Notes: a model not told the origin generated them from the sequence alone. A stretch of DNA of 64,000 nucleotides from Chiloscyllium plagiosum (GCF_004010195.1 NC_057718.1:103153276-103217275), one strand, 5' to 3'; positions 34,841 through 46,385 are shown, numbered from the stretch's first letter. Program-made: numbers and translations.

Positions 34841-34969
34841 TGCTTTATTCAGCCTAGTCCCCTTGTGTCCTGAACAATGTCCCATTACTCTTCATGCATT
34901 TAACTCACTGGTAAGTAGAATTTCTTGAAGATTCATTTGTAGTATTGAACTTTTTAAATTTATTTCCTT

Positions 34970-35656
34970 TGTTACAACAAGGCAATGAACCCCTTCTGCT
35001 AATTAAACCAAACACCCAGAAAAGCTCATCTCGCCTCATAATCTGTGAAACTATGAGTGACAGTGAATTCCCAAATTCCACTTTTTAAGGAAAATAATAT
35101 CAATTTATTCCTTAACTCTGAAAGTGAACATTAGACAACAACTATTCACAATTCTAAACCCCCCTTTTTCTTAACTGCAAATTATCTGCTGCTCTATAAC
35201 AATATACTGTTTCAATAAAAAAACACTTATTAAAATTACATCATCTTAACTTCAAAACCATACGGTGGCTGTCATCTCCGGTGTCTGTCTTCTTCTGACT
35301 CAACACCTCCTTGAGTTCTCTTCTTTCTTTTACTGTGAAAATGTTTCATGTGAAATGGGTACCATTTGATACAGAGAGTTTTTGAATGGCAGTCTTTCTC
35401 GATGGCAGTTGCTTTGTCTGACTAGCAAAATGTCTGTTTTTATATACTCCCAATATCAGACTGTTTCATTGGTTCAACGTTGGTAAATAAATAAATTCAA
35501 ACTCGGTTGGGTTTTAATATCCTGAGCATAATTTAAACTGGTTAAATTCAAATTGCTGTCAAAACAGCAACCAACTCAGGTATCCATTTCACAGCCAAAT
35601 GTTACATATTTTCAATTTTCCAATACTCTCTGAGACTGCTAGTTAGTCATATGACT
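34970..35656 (-). repeat. 3' LTR, truncated on its inner side
   Basis: TGTTACAACAAGGCAATGAACCCC.. aligns to 39763-40416 up to GTTAGTCATATGAC, then joins RNase H sequence directly. Confidence 0.9.
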
Positions 35657-37100
35657 TTAAAACATTGGTAAGGCCAGTACCAAACTCAATAATTCCTTTT
35701 GAATGGGAAAGTATTTTCTCTGGTGGGTGTCGAATTTCTTTGAAAAGTAACCAAATGGCCGTTCGATTCCATCATCATCTTCCTGTAGTAGTACAGCTCC
35801 AATTACTATGTCGCTAGGATCGATTCCAACTTTGAAGGGTTTCAAAAACTTTTGTGTAGCTAAAACTGGGTGCAGTGGTTAATACCACTTTCAAGTTGTC
35901 AAATGCCTCCTGGCATTGTTCTGTCTACCGAAATTTTGTGTTCCTCTTCAGTAAATCTGTTAGCGGTGCCACTCCCCTGCTGAGATTTGGAACAAACTTC
36001 CGGTAGGGTGGCATGGAGTCTCCATGGTTATCACTGCTGCCTCACAGCGCTAGGGACCCGGGTTCAATTCCAACCTCGGCGGACTGTCTGTATGGAGTTT
36101 GCACATTCTCCCCATGTCAGCGTGGGTTTCCTCTGGGTGCTCTGGTTTCCTCGTACAATTCAAAGATGTACGGGTTAGGTGAATTGGCCATGCTAAATTG
36201 CCAATAGTGTTCAGGGATGTGTAGGTTAGGGGCATTAGTCAGGAGAAATGCAAAGTAATAGGGTAGGGGAATAGGTTACTCTTCGGAGGGTCAATGTGGA
36301 CCTGTTGGACCGAATGGCCTGTTTCCACACTGTTGGGACTTTATGAAGTAAGGTCGAATCTACTTAGTCCCAGAAATGAAAATTCCTCAATGGCCTTCGT
36401 CTTTGTGTTCCTTGGGGTCAACCTTCTATGGCCGATGTTATGTCCCAAGAACATCACCTCTGCCTTCACAAATTCTGCTTTCTTTAAGTTGATCACCAGG
36501 TTTGCTTCTCTTTATTGTTCAAAGAGCTCTGCCAACTGTACCATGTGATCTTTCCATGGCTTGCTAAAGATCACTACATCATCCAAATACACAGCGCAGT
36601 TTGTTAACCCAGCCACAACTCTGTTCATGAGTCTTTGGAATATGGCGGGTGTGTTCTTCATTCCAAAGGACATCACTTTGAATTGATACAAACCATTTGG
36701 GGTTACAAACGCAGAAATCTCTTTCACTTTCTCTGATAAAGGTACCTGCCAATAACCATACAGTAAGCCCAACTTTGTGTTGTAACTGGCTCGTCCAACT
36801 TTCTCTATACAGTCCTCCAATCTTGGTATTGGGTATGAATCTGATTTTGTTATGGCGTTGACCTTCCGATAGTCCACACAAAGTCATTGAGTTCCATCAG
36901 GTTTGGGAATTAACACCATTGGCAAACTCCACTCAATCTGATTCGGTTCGATGCTTTCATCATTGAGCATTACATTCACTTCCTTCTGGATCTGTGTGGC
37001 TTTGAGAGGATTAAGTCTGTAGGGGTATTGTTTTATCAGAACAACATTCCTTATTTCTACCTCGTGCACAATAGCAGTAGTCCTCCCCAGCTTATTGCTG
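35657..37100 (-). pseudogene. gypsy RT and partial RNase H
   Basis: IKQYPYRLNP; DYRKVNAITKSDSYPIPRLEDCIEKVG..GYWQVPL..GLYQFKVMSFGMKN..AVYLDDVVIFS; KPFKVGIDPSDIVIGAVLLQ..YFSKKF..KELLSLVLAL. Confidence 0.9.
36006..36350 (+). mobile_element. HE1-like V-SINE inserted in the gypsy pol
   Basis: Typical head, V-domain and tail; removing 36006-36355 restores the minus-strand frame FLGLSRF|YRKFVPN. Confidence 0.9.
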
Positions 37101-37309
37101 CATTTGTCCTCATACTGCTACAACAAACCTTTCAATTGCGTTCTTTGCTCCTGAGACAGATAGTTCACTTACCTATCACACTCCTCAAGGACCTCCTCAT
37201 TATTTAATGCATTTTGAGGTACATCAAACTCCACACCATCTGGATTTGACTCCTCACTCTGCAGGGCGGTAACTAACACCTGTTTCTCCAGTTCCCTCTC
37301 TCTATTATT

Positions 37310-37860
37310 ATCAGGTTTCAACATAGTCACATGACATACTCTATACAGTGTTTTTCCTATCTGGTATCTTTACCAAATTTTTTTTCTCAATTTGATAGGG
37401 ACCACCAAAAATGGCTTTGAAAGGATCTCCTACCACTGGTAACAATACTAATACATCATTCCCATTCATTTGGGGCATCTCTAATGGCAAACAATACGAA
37501 GGGGATACCTTTATCCCAATCATTTGGGTAATCCTGACAATACGCTCTCAGCATGGTCTCCAAGGTCTGATGCCACCTTTCAAAAGCTCCCTGGGATTCA
37601 GGATGATACGCACTGGATTTAAAGTGCTGTATACCTAAGCTATCCATAACCTCCTTAAACAGCCTAACAGTATAATTTGACCCTTGGTCAGACTGAATCT
37701 CTCTGGGTAGCCCATACCGTGTGAAGAAAGCTACTAACTCCTCTACTACCCTTTTTGCCTTGATACCCCGTAATGGAATTGCCTCCGGAAATCTGGTAGA
37801 CACATCCATTATGGTTATCAATTACTGGTTCCCACTTTTAGTTCTCAGGAGGGGACCGTC
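37310..37860 (-). pseudogene. gypsy integrase core and GPY/F module
   Basis: ITIMDVSTRFPEAIPLR..FTRYGLPREIQSDQGSN..SSAYHPESQGAFERWHQTL..WDKGIPFVLFAIRD; FGGPYQIEKK. Confidence 0.9.
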
Positions 37861-37864
37861 ACTC

Positions 37865-38140
37865 CCACCTTGGATCCTGCTAAATCGTTCCCAAGAGCAA
37901 ACAGAATTCCTGGAACTGATCCTCTGTCAATCTCTCCCACTGTAACTTCTCCAATCTTGAGTTGGCACTCCAACCTGATCTTACATCGGGGAAAGCTAAA
38001 TTTCTGTCCATCTATCCCACAAATTACCACACTCTCGGGTAACAGACCAGAAGGAGTGCATATTCACTCATCCCTTACTATCAGCGACTGGTTAGATCCT
38101 GTATCTCTCAAAATTATAGCTTCTTGTCCTTCTCTCCCTG
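37865..38140 (-). pseudogene. gypsy aspartic protease
   Basis: Minus strand at about 38085-38117 reads IILRDTGSNQS; downstream ILFALGNDLAGSKV. Confidence 0.8.
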
Positions 38141-38149
38141 TTCTCCCCT

Positions 38150-39570
38150 AAAGTGAGTAAACTTTACCCACAGAATCAAATTCTTTGTAGAGATCGGGTA
38201 CTAACTCCATACCCAGTCCCTGCCTCGGCTGTGCACTCTCCTGCAGTTCCCTCAGCTCTTCTTGGGGTCTCCTTTACTACCTTCACTAATGCCACTGGCT
38301 TAGCTTCTTTTACCACATCTTTTCCCACAGTGCCTTTCTTTAGCGACCAGCCCTGTGACTTTGTGTCCCACCTTCTGGCCATGAAAACACCTTTTCCCAG
38401 TGCCCCTCTGAAACCATCGGCATGGTGATTGTCTGTGTCCCACTCCATTAGTGAACACACCTGAGGCCTTTCACCTCCTTTTCACCCTCTTGCTCTTCTT
38501 TTTTAACCTGTGGTAAACTATTACCTGTGTGCTCTGCTCAACGTTTTGTCCCTTTCTCCCAATATCTATCCCTCACAGGATGAAATTCGCCTTTGCCTTA
38601 TGTACCAATGTAAATTTATCTGCCATCTCTTCTGCCCTTCTCACTTCCTGAACTTTCTGTTCCTCCACATGAATTCTTATCATCTCTGGAAGTGAGTTTT
38701 TAAACTCCTCCAGCAGAATAATCTCTCAGAGCCTCATAGGTCTTATCTATTTTTAAGGCCCATACCTATCTCTCAAAATGACTATGTTTAATTCTTTTAA
38801 ACTCAACGTAAGTCTGACCTGGGTCCTCCTTTATGTTTCTGAAACGCTGTCTACACACTTCTGGTACCAATTCATACACACTCAAAATTGCCTGTTTGAC
38901 ATCTGCATAACCTCTTGACCCCTCATCTGACAGCACTGCAAATACCTCACTAGCCCTGCCTACTAGTTTAGTCTGAACGAGCATTACCTACAAGTCCTCT
39001 GACCAATCCATGTGCCGAGCCAATTTTTCAAATGAAATAAAGAAGGCTTCAACATCTTTCTCATCAAAATGCAGCAATACTTTAACATATTTGTATATAT
39101 CACCATCTTCTCTTTTCGTCTCCATCCTGTAAACTTGACTTTCCTGACTAATTCGCAACTTCTGAAGTTCAAATTCTCTCTCCTTTTCTCTTTATTTTTT
39201 TCTCTCGCTCTTTGCTCAGCTAAGAACCTTCTCTCTCTTTCTTTTTCCCCTCTCTCTCTCTCTCTTTCTCTTTCTCTCTCTCTTCTCTCATGGCTCTTTC
39301 TTCCCTTTCTTTATCGTCTAACTCCATTTGCCTCAATTACAATTTAATTTTTTCTAACTCTACTGCACTTGTCTGTTTCTCTGACACACCTAAGTGCTTG
39401 ACTAACTCCCTTACAATTTCAGCTTTACGTTTGTCCCTGGTTAGACCCAATTCTAACCTCTTTGCTAATTCTAGATGTATGGCCTTCTTCTGTCTTTCTA
39501 AACTTTCTTGGCAAATTTGGGAATCATTTTCAAACGCCTGAACCTCTTTCGCAATTTTAAAAGCCATTTC
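38150..39570 (-). pseudogene. gypsy gag with SCAN-like capsid region and two decayed CCHC knuckles
   Basis: LVQTKLVGRASEVFAVLS..YADVKQAILSVYELVPEVCRQRFR; an E/R-rich low-complexity tract at 39170-39310; knuckle remnants RCVH/NGVGHRQSPC (38420-38468) and RCFHGQKVGH (38360-38392). Confidence 0.8.
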
Positions 39571-39744
39571 TCTCACTTTTAATTTAACCAACCACAAGCA
39601 ACCGAAATTAAACAAATTGTCTCAAATATGTTTTATTTAAAGATCTAAGACGTTAATTGGCAAGTGTTTAATTCTGCTGGGGTCTTTTGTACCCCAAATC
39701 TGTTCAAATCTCAGACTGGATCTGTCTAAACCTGTCCAAATCAC

Positions 39745-39762
39745 AGGCCCATGCCCCCAAAC
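39745..39762 (-). promoter_or_regulatory. Degenerate primer-binding site (possibly tRNA-Pro)
   Basis: Minus strand GTTTGGGGGCATGGGCCT directly after the 5' LTR; TGGGGGC matches the start of tRNA-Pro PBSs. Confidence 0.45.
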
Positions 39763-40494
39763 TGTTACAACATGGCGGTGAACCCCTCTGCTAATCAAAC
39801 CAAACAGCCAGAAAAGCTCACCTCACAACATAATCTATTAAAGTACGAATGACAGAGAATTCCCAACTTCCACTATTTAAAGAAGAAACATTAATTTATT
39901 CCTTATCTCTAAAAGTGGACATTAAACAACAACAATTCACAACTCTAAGCTCCCCTTTCTCTTAACTGCTTATTGTCTACCTCCAACTCTATAACAATGA
40001 ATTGTTCCACTAGAAAACACTTATTAAAATTACAAAACCAATTAATTTCAAAAGCATACAACAGCTGTCATCTCCGGTGTCTGTTGTCTTCTGACTGAAG
40101 ACCTCCGTGGGTTATCTTCTTTCTTTTACTGTGAAGATTATTCATGTGGAAAGGGTACCTTTGATACAGAGTGTTTTTAATGGCAGTCTTTCTCGATGGC
40201 AGTTGCTCTGTCTGACTATCAAAATGCCTGTTTCTTTTACCCACAATATTGGATCGTCTCATTGGTTTGATGTTGGCGAAAACAATAAATTCAAACTTGA
40301 TTGGGTTTTAGTATCTTGGGCATAATTTAAACTGATTGATTAAATTCAAATTGTTGTCAATACAGCAACCAGCCCAGATGTCCAGTACACTCTGAGACTG
40401 CTAGTTAGTCATATGACAAGTGCTTGTCAGCTCTCAGTTCAGAGCAGCATTCACTCTCTCTTACCAGTAAAGTACACCCTTCAACTTCATAACA
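39763..40494 (-). repeat. 5' LTR (732 bp)
   Basis: Ends TGTTA...TAACA (TG..CA with a short terminal inverted repeat); paralogous to 34970-35656. Confidence 0.9.
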
Positions 40495-40645
40495 CTTTAT
40501 TTTGCTACTTCTGCAAGTAAGTTTTTGTACCTTGGTATTTTGTACCTAAGATGGCACCGTGTGTGGAGGTATTGCACACTTTTCACTGAACTCTTGTACC
40601 CCTGTACTTGAGTAATTGTGACAATGACACCTAAACCTAAACCAG
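40495..40645 (+). mobile_element. Probable Rex1-type 3' end
   Basis: TACCTAAGATGGCACC..CTTTTCACTG..GTGACAAT..(CCTAAA)2 tail. Confidence 0.45.
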
Positions 40646-42489
40646 GGTTAGGCTGTGTTGCTAACAAGGCCAGCATGTATTGCCCATCCCTAACTGGCCT
40701 TGAGAAAGTGGTGACCCCAGAATTGTGCTTCACTGAATTTTGTGTTACTTCCCATCCTGTAATATCTGCATCTTGTTTCTTTGTGTTTCAAACTCCTGGA
40801 GCCCTCAATGCATTTTTATCTCACCACACAAATTCATATAGCATCCATTGCGGCAAAGTTTATCAAGAATAATGTCTAATGTCCACTGGAACATAATGAT
40901 AACAGACTCACAATAAAGGTCAATGTTGGCAGTAAATAACATTTGATGGTAACAGGGCTGATCATGAATAGAGAACGTCTATTATTTCTTAAATCCTTAT
41001 GCTGTCCATTTTTCAGTTTCGAATGATGTTACTGTTGATATTGTAAATAGTGTGCTGCAGTTTTGGTGTGATGGTCTTTTTTTAAAGTCTAGTGGATTCC
41101 ATAATCTTGCTTCTCAATGTTATTTATTGCTGGACAGCTCAAATAATTCTTAAAATAAAAATACTAAAAGGAGAAATTAGTCAAAGATTTATTAATAATA
41201 ACAGCCCACTTTAATTGCTATACCTGGCGGCAAATTCTTAAAAGCCGGTATAAATTTGGCATTAAAAAAAAGCATTGTGACAAATGCTGATGTTGCTTTA
41301 TCTCTGCAAAGGCAAGGCAGTATGAACCTCTGCATACTGCCTTCTTATTTAATAAATGTTATAGCTGGGCTAATAAAACTTAGTTTACATTATAACCATT
41401 GTCTGCCATGATATGCCTCCTCGGGCTCACTTAGCGTACATTAAGAATGCGCACATAGCCTTGTGGTTACTCACTGCAAACCTTAAATAATTCATTTATG
41501 CACCATTGCTTTCAGGCAGTGTTTTTACAAATTCTATAATGAGACAAGCCGTAAAATGTTTTACATGAAAAATGTGGTCTGGGAATGAGGAGAGAGCACT
41601 TCACCATTTTCCCTCCCAGAGACTGAGACAGAACTTTAAATAAATGGTGAGCTGCAAACCTCATGACGGTTCGACTTTCCTACTCTGAGGGAATGATGGG
41701 TCAACGTGGACTACTAACTCCACTCTGTTCCTTCCCCTCTCCAAAAAAAGCCTTTGAAGTTTTTGTGTATCCATTTCATTTTTCTTTTCACAAAGAACTC
41801 GTTTTTGGAATGACCAATGTTCCAATGGCTGAAAATGAATTAAGCCACAAGATAAATTAAAGCTAGTGGGTGTTTTTTTTTCTGAAATTCCCTTGCTTGC
41901 TGTATGATTGCTCAATTTATCTTTGCTCTGCACTGTACAGGATTTCCACCTCTATGTGTACTGGGTGTGACATGACTTTTCCATACCAGCATGTATTAAA
42001 AGTTATGTCTTCAATCTGTGAAAAATCAGATCCATTTAATTATGGAAAGCATATCCCACTTAATGCGATAAGAAGTAAATTGTGCACCTATCATTCCTTG
42101 CACACACACCCCATCCACCCCCACCACTAGTGTCTGAAATCAGCAAAATGCTCTTTTTTGCCAATGATTTATGACCCACTTTTGAACAATTCTTATCAGT
42201 TTCACACAAGCCTTTCTCTGAGGCTGCTCATGTCTGGATGACAAGAGACAGCTGAAACCATTATGCTCCAAAATCTCTCCCATGCATTCTAGACAACTAA
42301 GATTACATCTGGATCATTGATTTATTGCTGCAAATAACCAAAGGGACTAGTTTTCAGTTTGTTCAAGAGTTCCTCTGATTGTAACATTGAAAAAAATAAG
42401 TAAGTGATAGAGTTAATATTGGGACACCAATTTTCAGACAACTCCAGCCCTGCTTGCAAAAAGAAAATGTAGCATTTCATCATGAAGGG

Positions 42490-42870
42490 ATAAAAGATTA
42501 GCATTTATATAGCGCCTATCTTTAATTACTGGGCACCTTGAAGGGCTTTCCAGCCCATTACATTTTTTTTTGAGATACAGCCTGTTTTGCAACATGGAAA
42601 CTGCTTCCACCAAATAGCACATAGCAAGATCCCACCAAATGGCACACAGCAAGATCCCACTTGATGACGACCAGAAAGTCTACATTTTTAGGTGACGTTG
42701 GCTGAGGGATAAATATCAACCAGAATATTGGGGTTAACTCCCCTTCTCCTCTTCACATGAGCCCCAAAGGAACTTTTACATCTGAGGGGTCTGGCAGGTT
42801 TGATGTCTCATCAAAGGTGGAACATCTCTCATTTCAGGACCATCGCTTCAGCCTAGATATTTTAAGACCT
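42490..42870 (-). mobile_element. Deu-domain SINE (degenerate)
   Basis: GCATTTATATAGCGCC tail; GTTGGCTGAGGGATAAATAT..AACTCCCC.TCTCCTCTTC..GGAACTTTTACATC. Confidence 0.65.
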
Positions 42871-42877
42871 TAAAAAA

Positions 42878-43025
42878 TATGAACAGGAAGAGGCCATTCA
42901 GCCCCTCGAGCCTGCTCCATCATTCAGTACTGTCATGGTTGATCTGACATTCCTCATGTCCACTTTCCTGCCCTTTCCCAATAATCCTTGATTCCCCGAC
43001 TGATCAAGAATGTACCTACCTCAGA
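42878..43025 (-). mobile_element. CR1 extreme 3' end
   Basis: AGGCCATTCAGCCCCTCGAGCCTGCTCC..CATGGTTGATCTG..ATCAAGAAT. Confidence 0.75.
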
Positions 43026-43361
43026 AATCTTCTCACATCCTGTAGGTTTGTTCATTTTTAAGGTTCCTGTTGAGATTTCTCAAGGGATATGTTTTTGATT
43101 TTTGGGCACTATTTTTTGGTTCTCAGGGCTACTTTCTCAATCTTTTAAATTCCTTTATTAGGGGATGCCTTACACAATGACATTACCTTCTGGATTTCTA
43201 TTGTCATGTGTGATATCTGAAAACAACAGAAGCAGAATTAGAAGGATTGATCACATTTTCAATAATTATCAATCCTCCATTAGATTGAAAGCACTAATAC
43301 ACAGGAAAGCAATTGTTTCCTCAGTCCCACAGTTTTCAAATTGGCACAACTAAGGCATTAG

Positions 43362-43570
43362 GAGAAAGTGAGGACTGCAGATGCTGGAGACCAGAGTTGA
43401 AAAATGTGATGCTGCAAAAACACAGCATGCCAGGCAGCATCCGAGGAGCAGGAGAATCGACGTTTCGGGCATAAGCCCTTCCTGAAGAAGGGCATATGCC
43501 CGAAACGGCGATTCTCCTGTTCCTCGGATGCTGCCTGGCATGCTGTGTTTTTCCAGCACCACATTTTTCA
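43362..43570. mobile_element. Fold-back PLE family A cassette
   Basis: Inverted arms around CCCTTCCTGAAGAAGGG; plus-strand core CTGAAGAAGGGCATATGCCCGAAAC at 43482-43506; perfect 16-bp TSD ACAACTAAGGCATTAG at 43346-43361 / 43571-43586. Confidence 0.9.
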
Positions 43571-43675
43571 ACAACTAAGGCATTAGTCAGCAACAAAAGT
43601 ATCTTTTTTCAGAATGACTGGCACACACTTCTACACTGAAATAGCCATCACTTTAAATGCTTTCCATATTGATGA

Positions 43676-43913
43676 CACCTTCTGCTCTACCAAACAACTG
43701 AATGTAGATTTAACCATCTTAGCAACATACTGTTAACTGCATGCATAATCACTGAAGCACTTTACATCCTCTGGTGAACGCACTGGAGAACAGCCTTAGC
43801 TCCTGGGATATCTTGTGATGTCAATTATCCCTTGTCTCATGCAACACTTCTCTTCTCTACTGTACCAGTGATCTGGAGGGACATGAGGTAAAGTCATTCC
43901 AACTCTCCGTTAA
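43676..43913. repeat. Direct duplication, copy 1 (238 bp)
   Basis: Near-identical to 44858-44913 joined to 45224-45404. Confidence 0.95.
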
Positions 43914-44449
43914 TATTATTTACATGAAGTTGGTACATTTCACCAGGTAATTGTTACCTTTTTTCACTTCTATCAGTTAATTCTGTTGCAATACAGTCAA
44001 CATTTTACCCTTTGTGGATGCATCCATCCATGAACTGGTAAATGGTTTATTCTGAAGTTGAGTTTAATTCTTTATTATCTTCAAATCTTGACCTTAATGG
44101 ATTTCAAAGGTTAACGACAGATAGACCTGACATGTTCAGTCTGTAAGGATATTCACTGTCTATATCTGCATTAAGTTCAGTGGCTTATTTATCTGCTTTC
44201 GAGATACTGAGGTCCAGAAAACACAGCTCAACATTTTGCCGGAACAAAATGAATTTGGGGACTGATTGCTTGCTGTCTAATTGAATGGAAAGTAGAGCAC
44301 ATTTTGCACCTTCTCACAGGATTTTTAAAAATGCTTTCTGACATTTTTCACAGCTGTCTAGTTTCTTCAACGTTTTCCAGAGTTATAGTCGCTCTGAGTT
44401 GCAGTACCTTTAGCAGAGACTGTCCTGTGTGGTGATAGGTTAGAGTGGT

Positions 44450-44830
44450 GTTGTTAAATCTTTTTGGCTTACACTCATCAGGACCATTCACAGGAATCCC
44501 AATTCAAGGAGAAAACCAACATTATTCGGCTTTAAATGAGAGTTCTCATTGGTCAGCAATAGACTCTGATCAGTAGAGGTATTGCTGTGGAGAATGTACC
44601 AGTTGATGATGATTGGCAGTTAACTGCCAGGTTGTGCTTAAATTTTAAACTAGGCAGGTTGCCTCTGTCTGGTCACGGTATTATCCTGAGAAATGAACCA
44701 GTGATTTGTTATCTCTTATTTTATTGAGTTGAGACAGGTGCATTGCATGTCCATGTTTTTACCATTTGCAAAGAACAGAGCCCTCAATGTTAAAATGTGT
44801 ACCTTCTAGTAATCACAAGTGCACCACAAT
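44450..44830 (-). mobile_element. Penelope/Poseidon-like 3' end (family D)
   Basis: Colinear with 9720-9856 plus 10031-10260 (CACTCATCAGGAC, CAATTCAAGGAG.AAACCAAC, GTGGAGAATGTACCA, TTTGCAAAGAACAG). Confidence 0.7.
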
Positions 44831-44857
44831 CTAAGCGTTTTTTTTTTCAGCAATTCT

Positions 44858-45404
44858 CACCTTCTGCTCTACCAAACAACTGAATGTAGATGTAACCACC
44901 TTAGCAACATACTAAGCTGGGTGGCACGGTGGCACAGTTGTTAGCACTGCTGCCTCACAGCGCTAGAGACCCGGGTTCAATTCCCACTTCAGGTGACTGA
45001 CTGTGTGGAGTTTGCACATTCTCCCCGTGTCTGCGTGGGTTTCCTCCGGGTGCTCCGGTTTCCTCCCACAGTCCAAAAGTGTGCACGTTAGGTGAATTGA
45101 CCATGCTAAATTGCCTGTAGTGTTAGGGGCAGGGGAATGGGTCTGGGTGGGTTGTGCTTCGGAGACTTGTTGGGCCGAAGGGCCTGTTTCCACACTCTAA
45201 GTAATCTAATCTAATCTAATACTGTTAACTGCATGCATAATCACTAAGCACTTTACACCCTCTGGTGAACGCACTGGAGAACAGCCTTAGCTCCTGGGAT
45301 ATCTTGTGATGTCAATTATCCCTTGTCTCATGCAACACTTCTCTTCTCTACTGTACCAGTGATCTGGAGGGACATGAGGTAAAGTCATTCCAACTCTCTG
45401 TTAA
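44858..45404. repeat. Direct duplication, copy 2, interrupted by a V-SINE
   Basis: See 43676-43913. Confidence 0.95.
44914..45218 (+). mobile_element. HE1-like V-SINE
   Basis: Full head, V-domain and (TAATC)n tail; ATACT repeated on both sides (44909-44913, 45219-45223). Confidence 0.92.
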
Positions 45405-45525
45405 ACATTATGTACAGTTTTGGTTAGAGCACTTTCTCACTCAGTGTAGAATGTTGCTTCTTGCTCAGCCACCTTGCAGACCCCTCAATAACTAACTCAC
45501 ATTAACCCCTTACTCTTCAAAAAAA

Positions 45526-45985
45526 TGGCAGCATGGTGGCTCAGTGGTTAGCACTGCTTCCTCACCGCGCCAGGGACCCGGGTTCGATTCCACCCACGGG
45601 TGAGTGTGTGGAATTTGCACATTCTCCCTGTGTCTGCGTGGGTTTCCTCCGGGTACTCTGGTTTCATCTCAGTACTGAGGGGGTGCTGCATTGTCAGAGG
45701 TGCCATGTGGTCCATGAAACATGAGGCAGGATCATGTTTGCCCTCTTACTTGGACACAAACATAGAGCAGGAGAACTTTCTTCAGCCTTCTTGACTCACT
45801 ATTTATCACAAAAACAGGTTAAATTTGTCATTATTATATTGCTCTTCAAAGGAGCTTGCTGTGTGTGTAAACTAATCACCACGTTGCTCTATTACAGCAG
45901 CGATTTACCTCAACTGTACTGCATTGGCTGTGAAGCGTTCCTCTATCCTGAGGTGCTAGGGAAATGCAAGTCCTGCCTTTCCTTA
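45526..45985 (+). mobile_element. V-SINE 5' part (45526-45665) joined to a Deu-SINE body (45670-45985)
   Basis: GGTGGCTCAGTGGTTAGCAC..GGTTCGATTCC..CTCCGGGTACTCTGGTTTC, then CAGTACTGAGGGGGTGCTGCATTGTCAGAGGTGCC..AAATGCAAGT. Confidence 0.7.
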
Positions 45986-46044
45986 AGAACAATGAGAAGT
46001 AATTTCATGGTGAACACAAAACCAAAATAACTGCACATGATGGA

Positions 46045-46385
46045 AATACAGACACACACACACATGCACACACAAATAACAAGTGCAAGTGTATTTCCAA
46101 CTGACTTTGAAAGTACAAACAAAATCTGGAAAACTCAGCAGGTCTGGTGGCATCTGTGGAGACAAATCAGTTAACATTTGTGTCGAGTGACCCTTCCTCA
46201 GAACCCTCTGGTTTGGGGAGTTCTGTAGAAGGGTCACAGAACCTGGAATGTTAAGTGTAATTTCTCTCTCCACAGATGCTGCTCGAACTCCTGAGTTTTT
46301 CCAGCATTTTGTTTATAATTTCAAAGGTAGCTGGAGATACACTTGCAAGTCTCCCTTGCACTTGTTACGTGTGTGTCTGTATGTG
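46045..46385. repeat. Imperfect inverted repeat centred on two head-to-head family B PLE ends
   Basis: Family B minus (46120-46205) and plus (46219-46313); symmetry continues outward through AACAAGTGCAAGTGTATTTCCA / TGGAGATACACTTGCA..TGCACTTGTT and the CA/TG tracts. Confidence 0.8.

Larger units (their letters stand above)
34970..40494 (-). mobile_element. Gmr1-like Ty3/gypsy LTR retrotransposon, degenerate, with internal deletions
   Basis: Two related LTRs, with gag, protease, integrase, RT and RNase H remnants in that order on the minus strand. Flanks CCTT (34966-34969) / CTTT (40495-40498) are a possible 4-bp TSD with one mismatch. Confidence 0.9.

Noticed and set aside
35657..38140. Ty1/copia assignment suggested by the IN-before-RT order
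   Set aside because: RT (YLDD context, DYRKVN, GYWQVPL), RNase H and GPY/F integrase are gypsy-type; Gmr1-like fits better.
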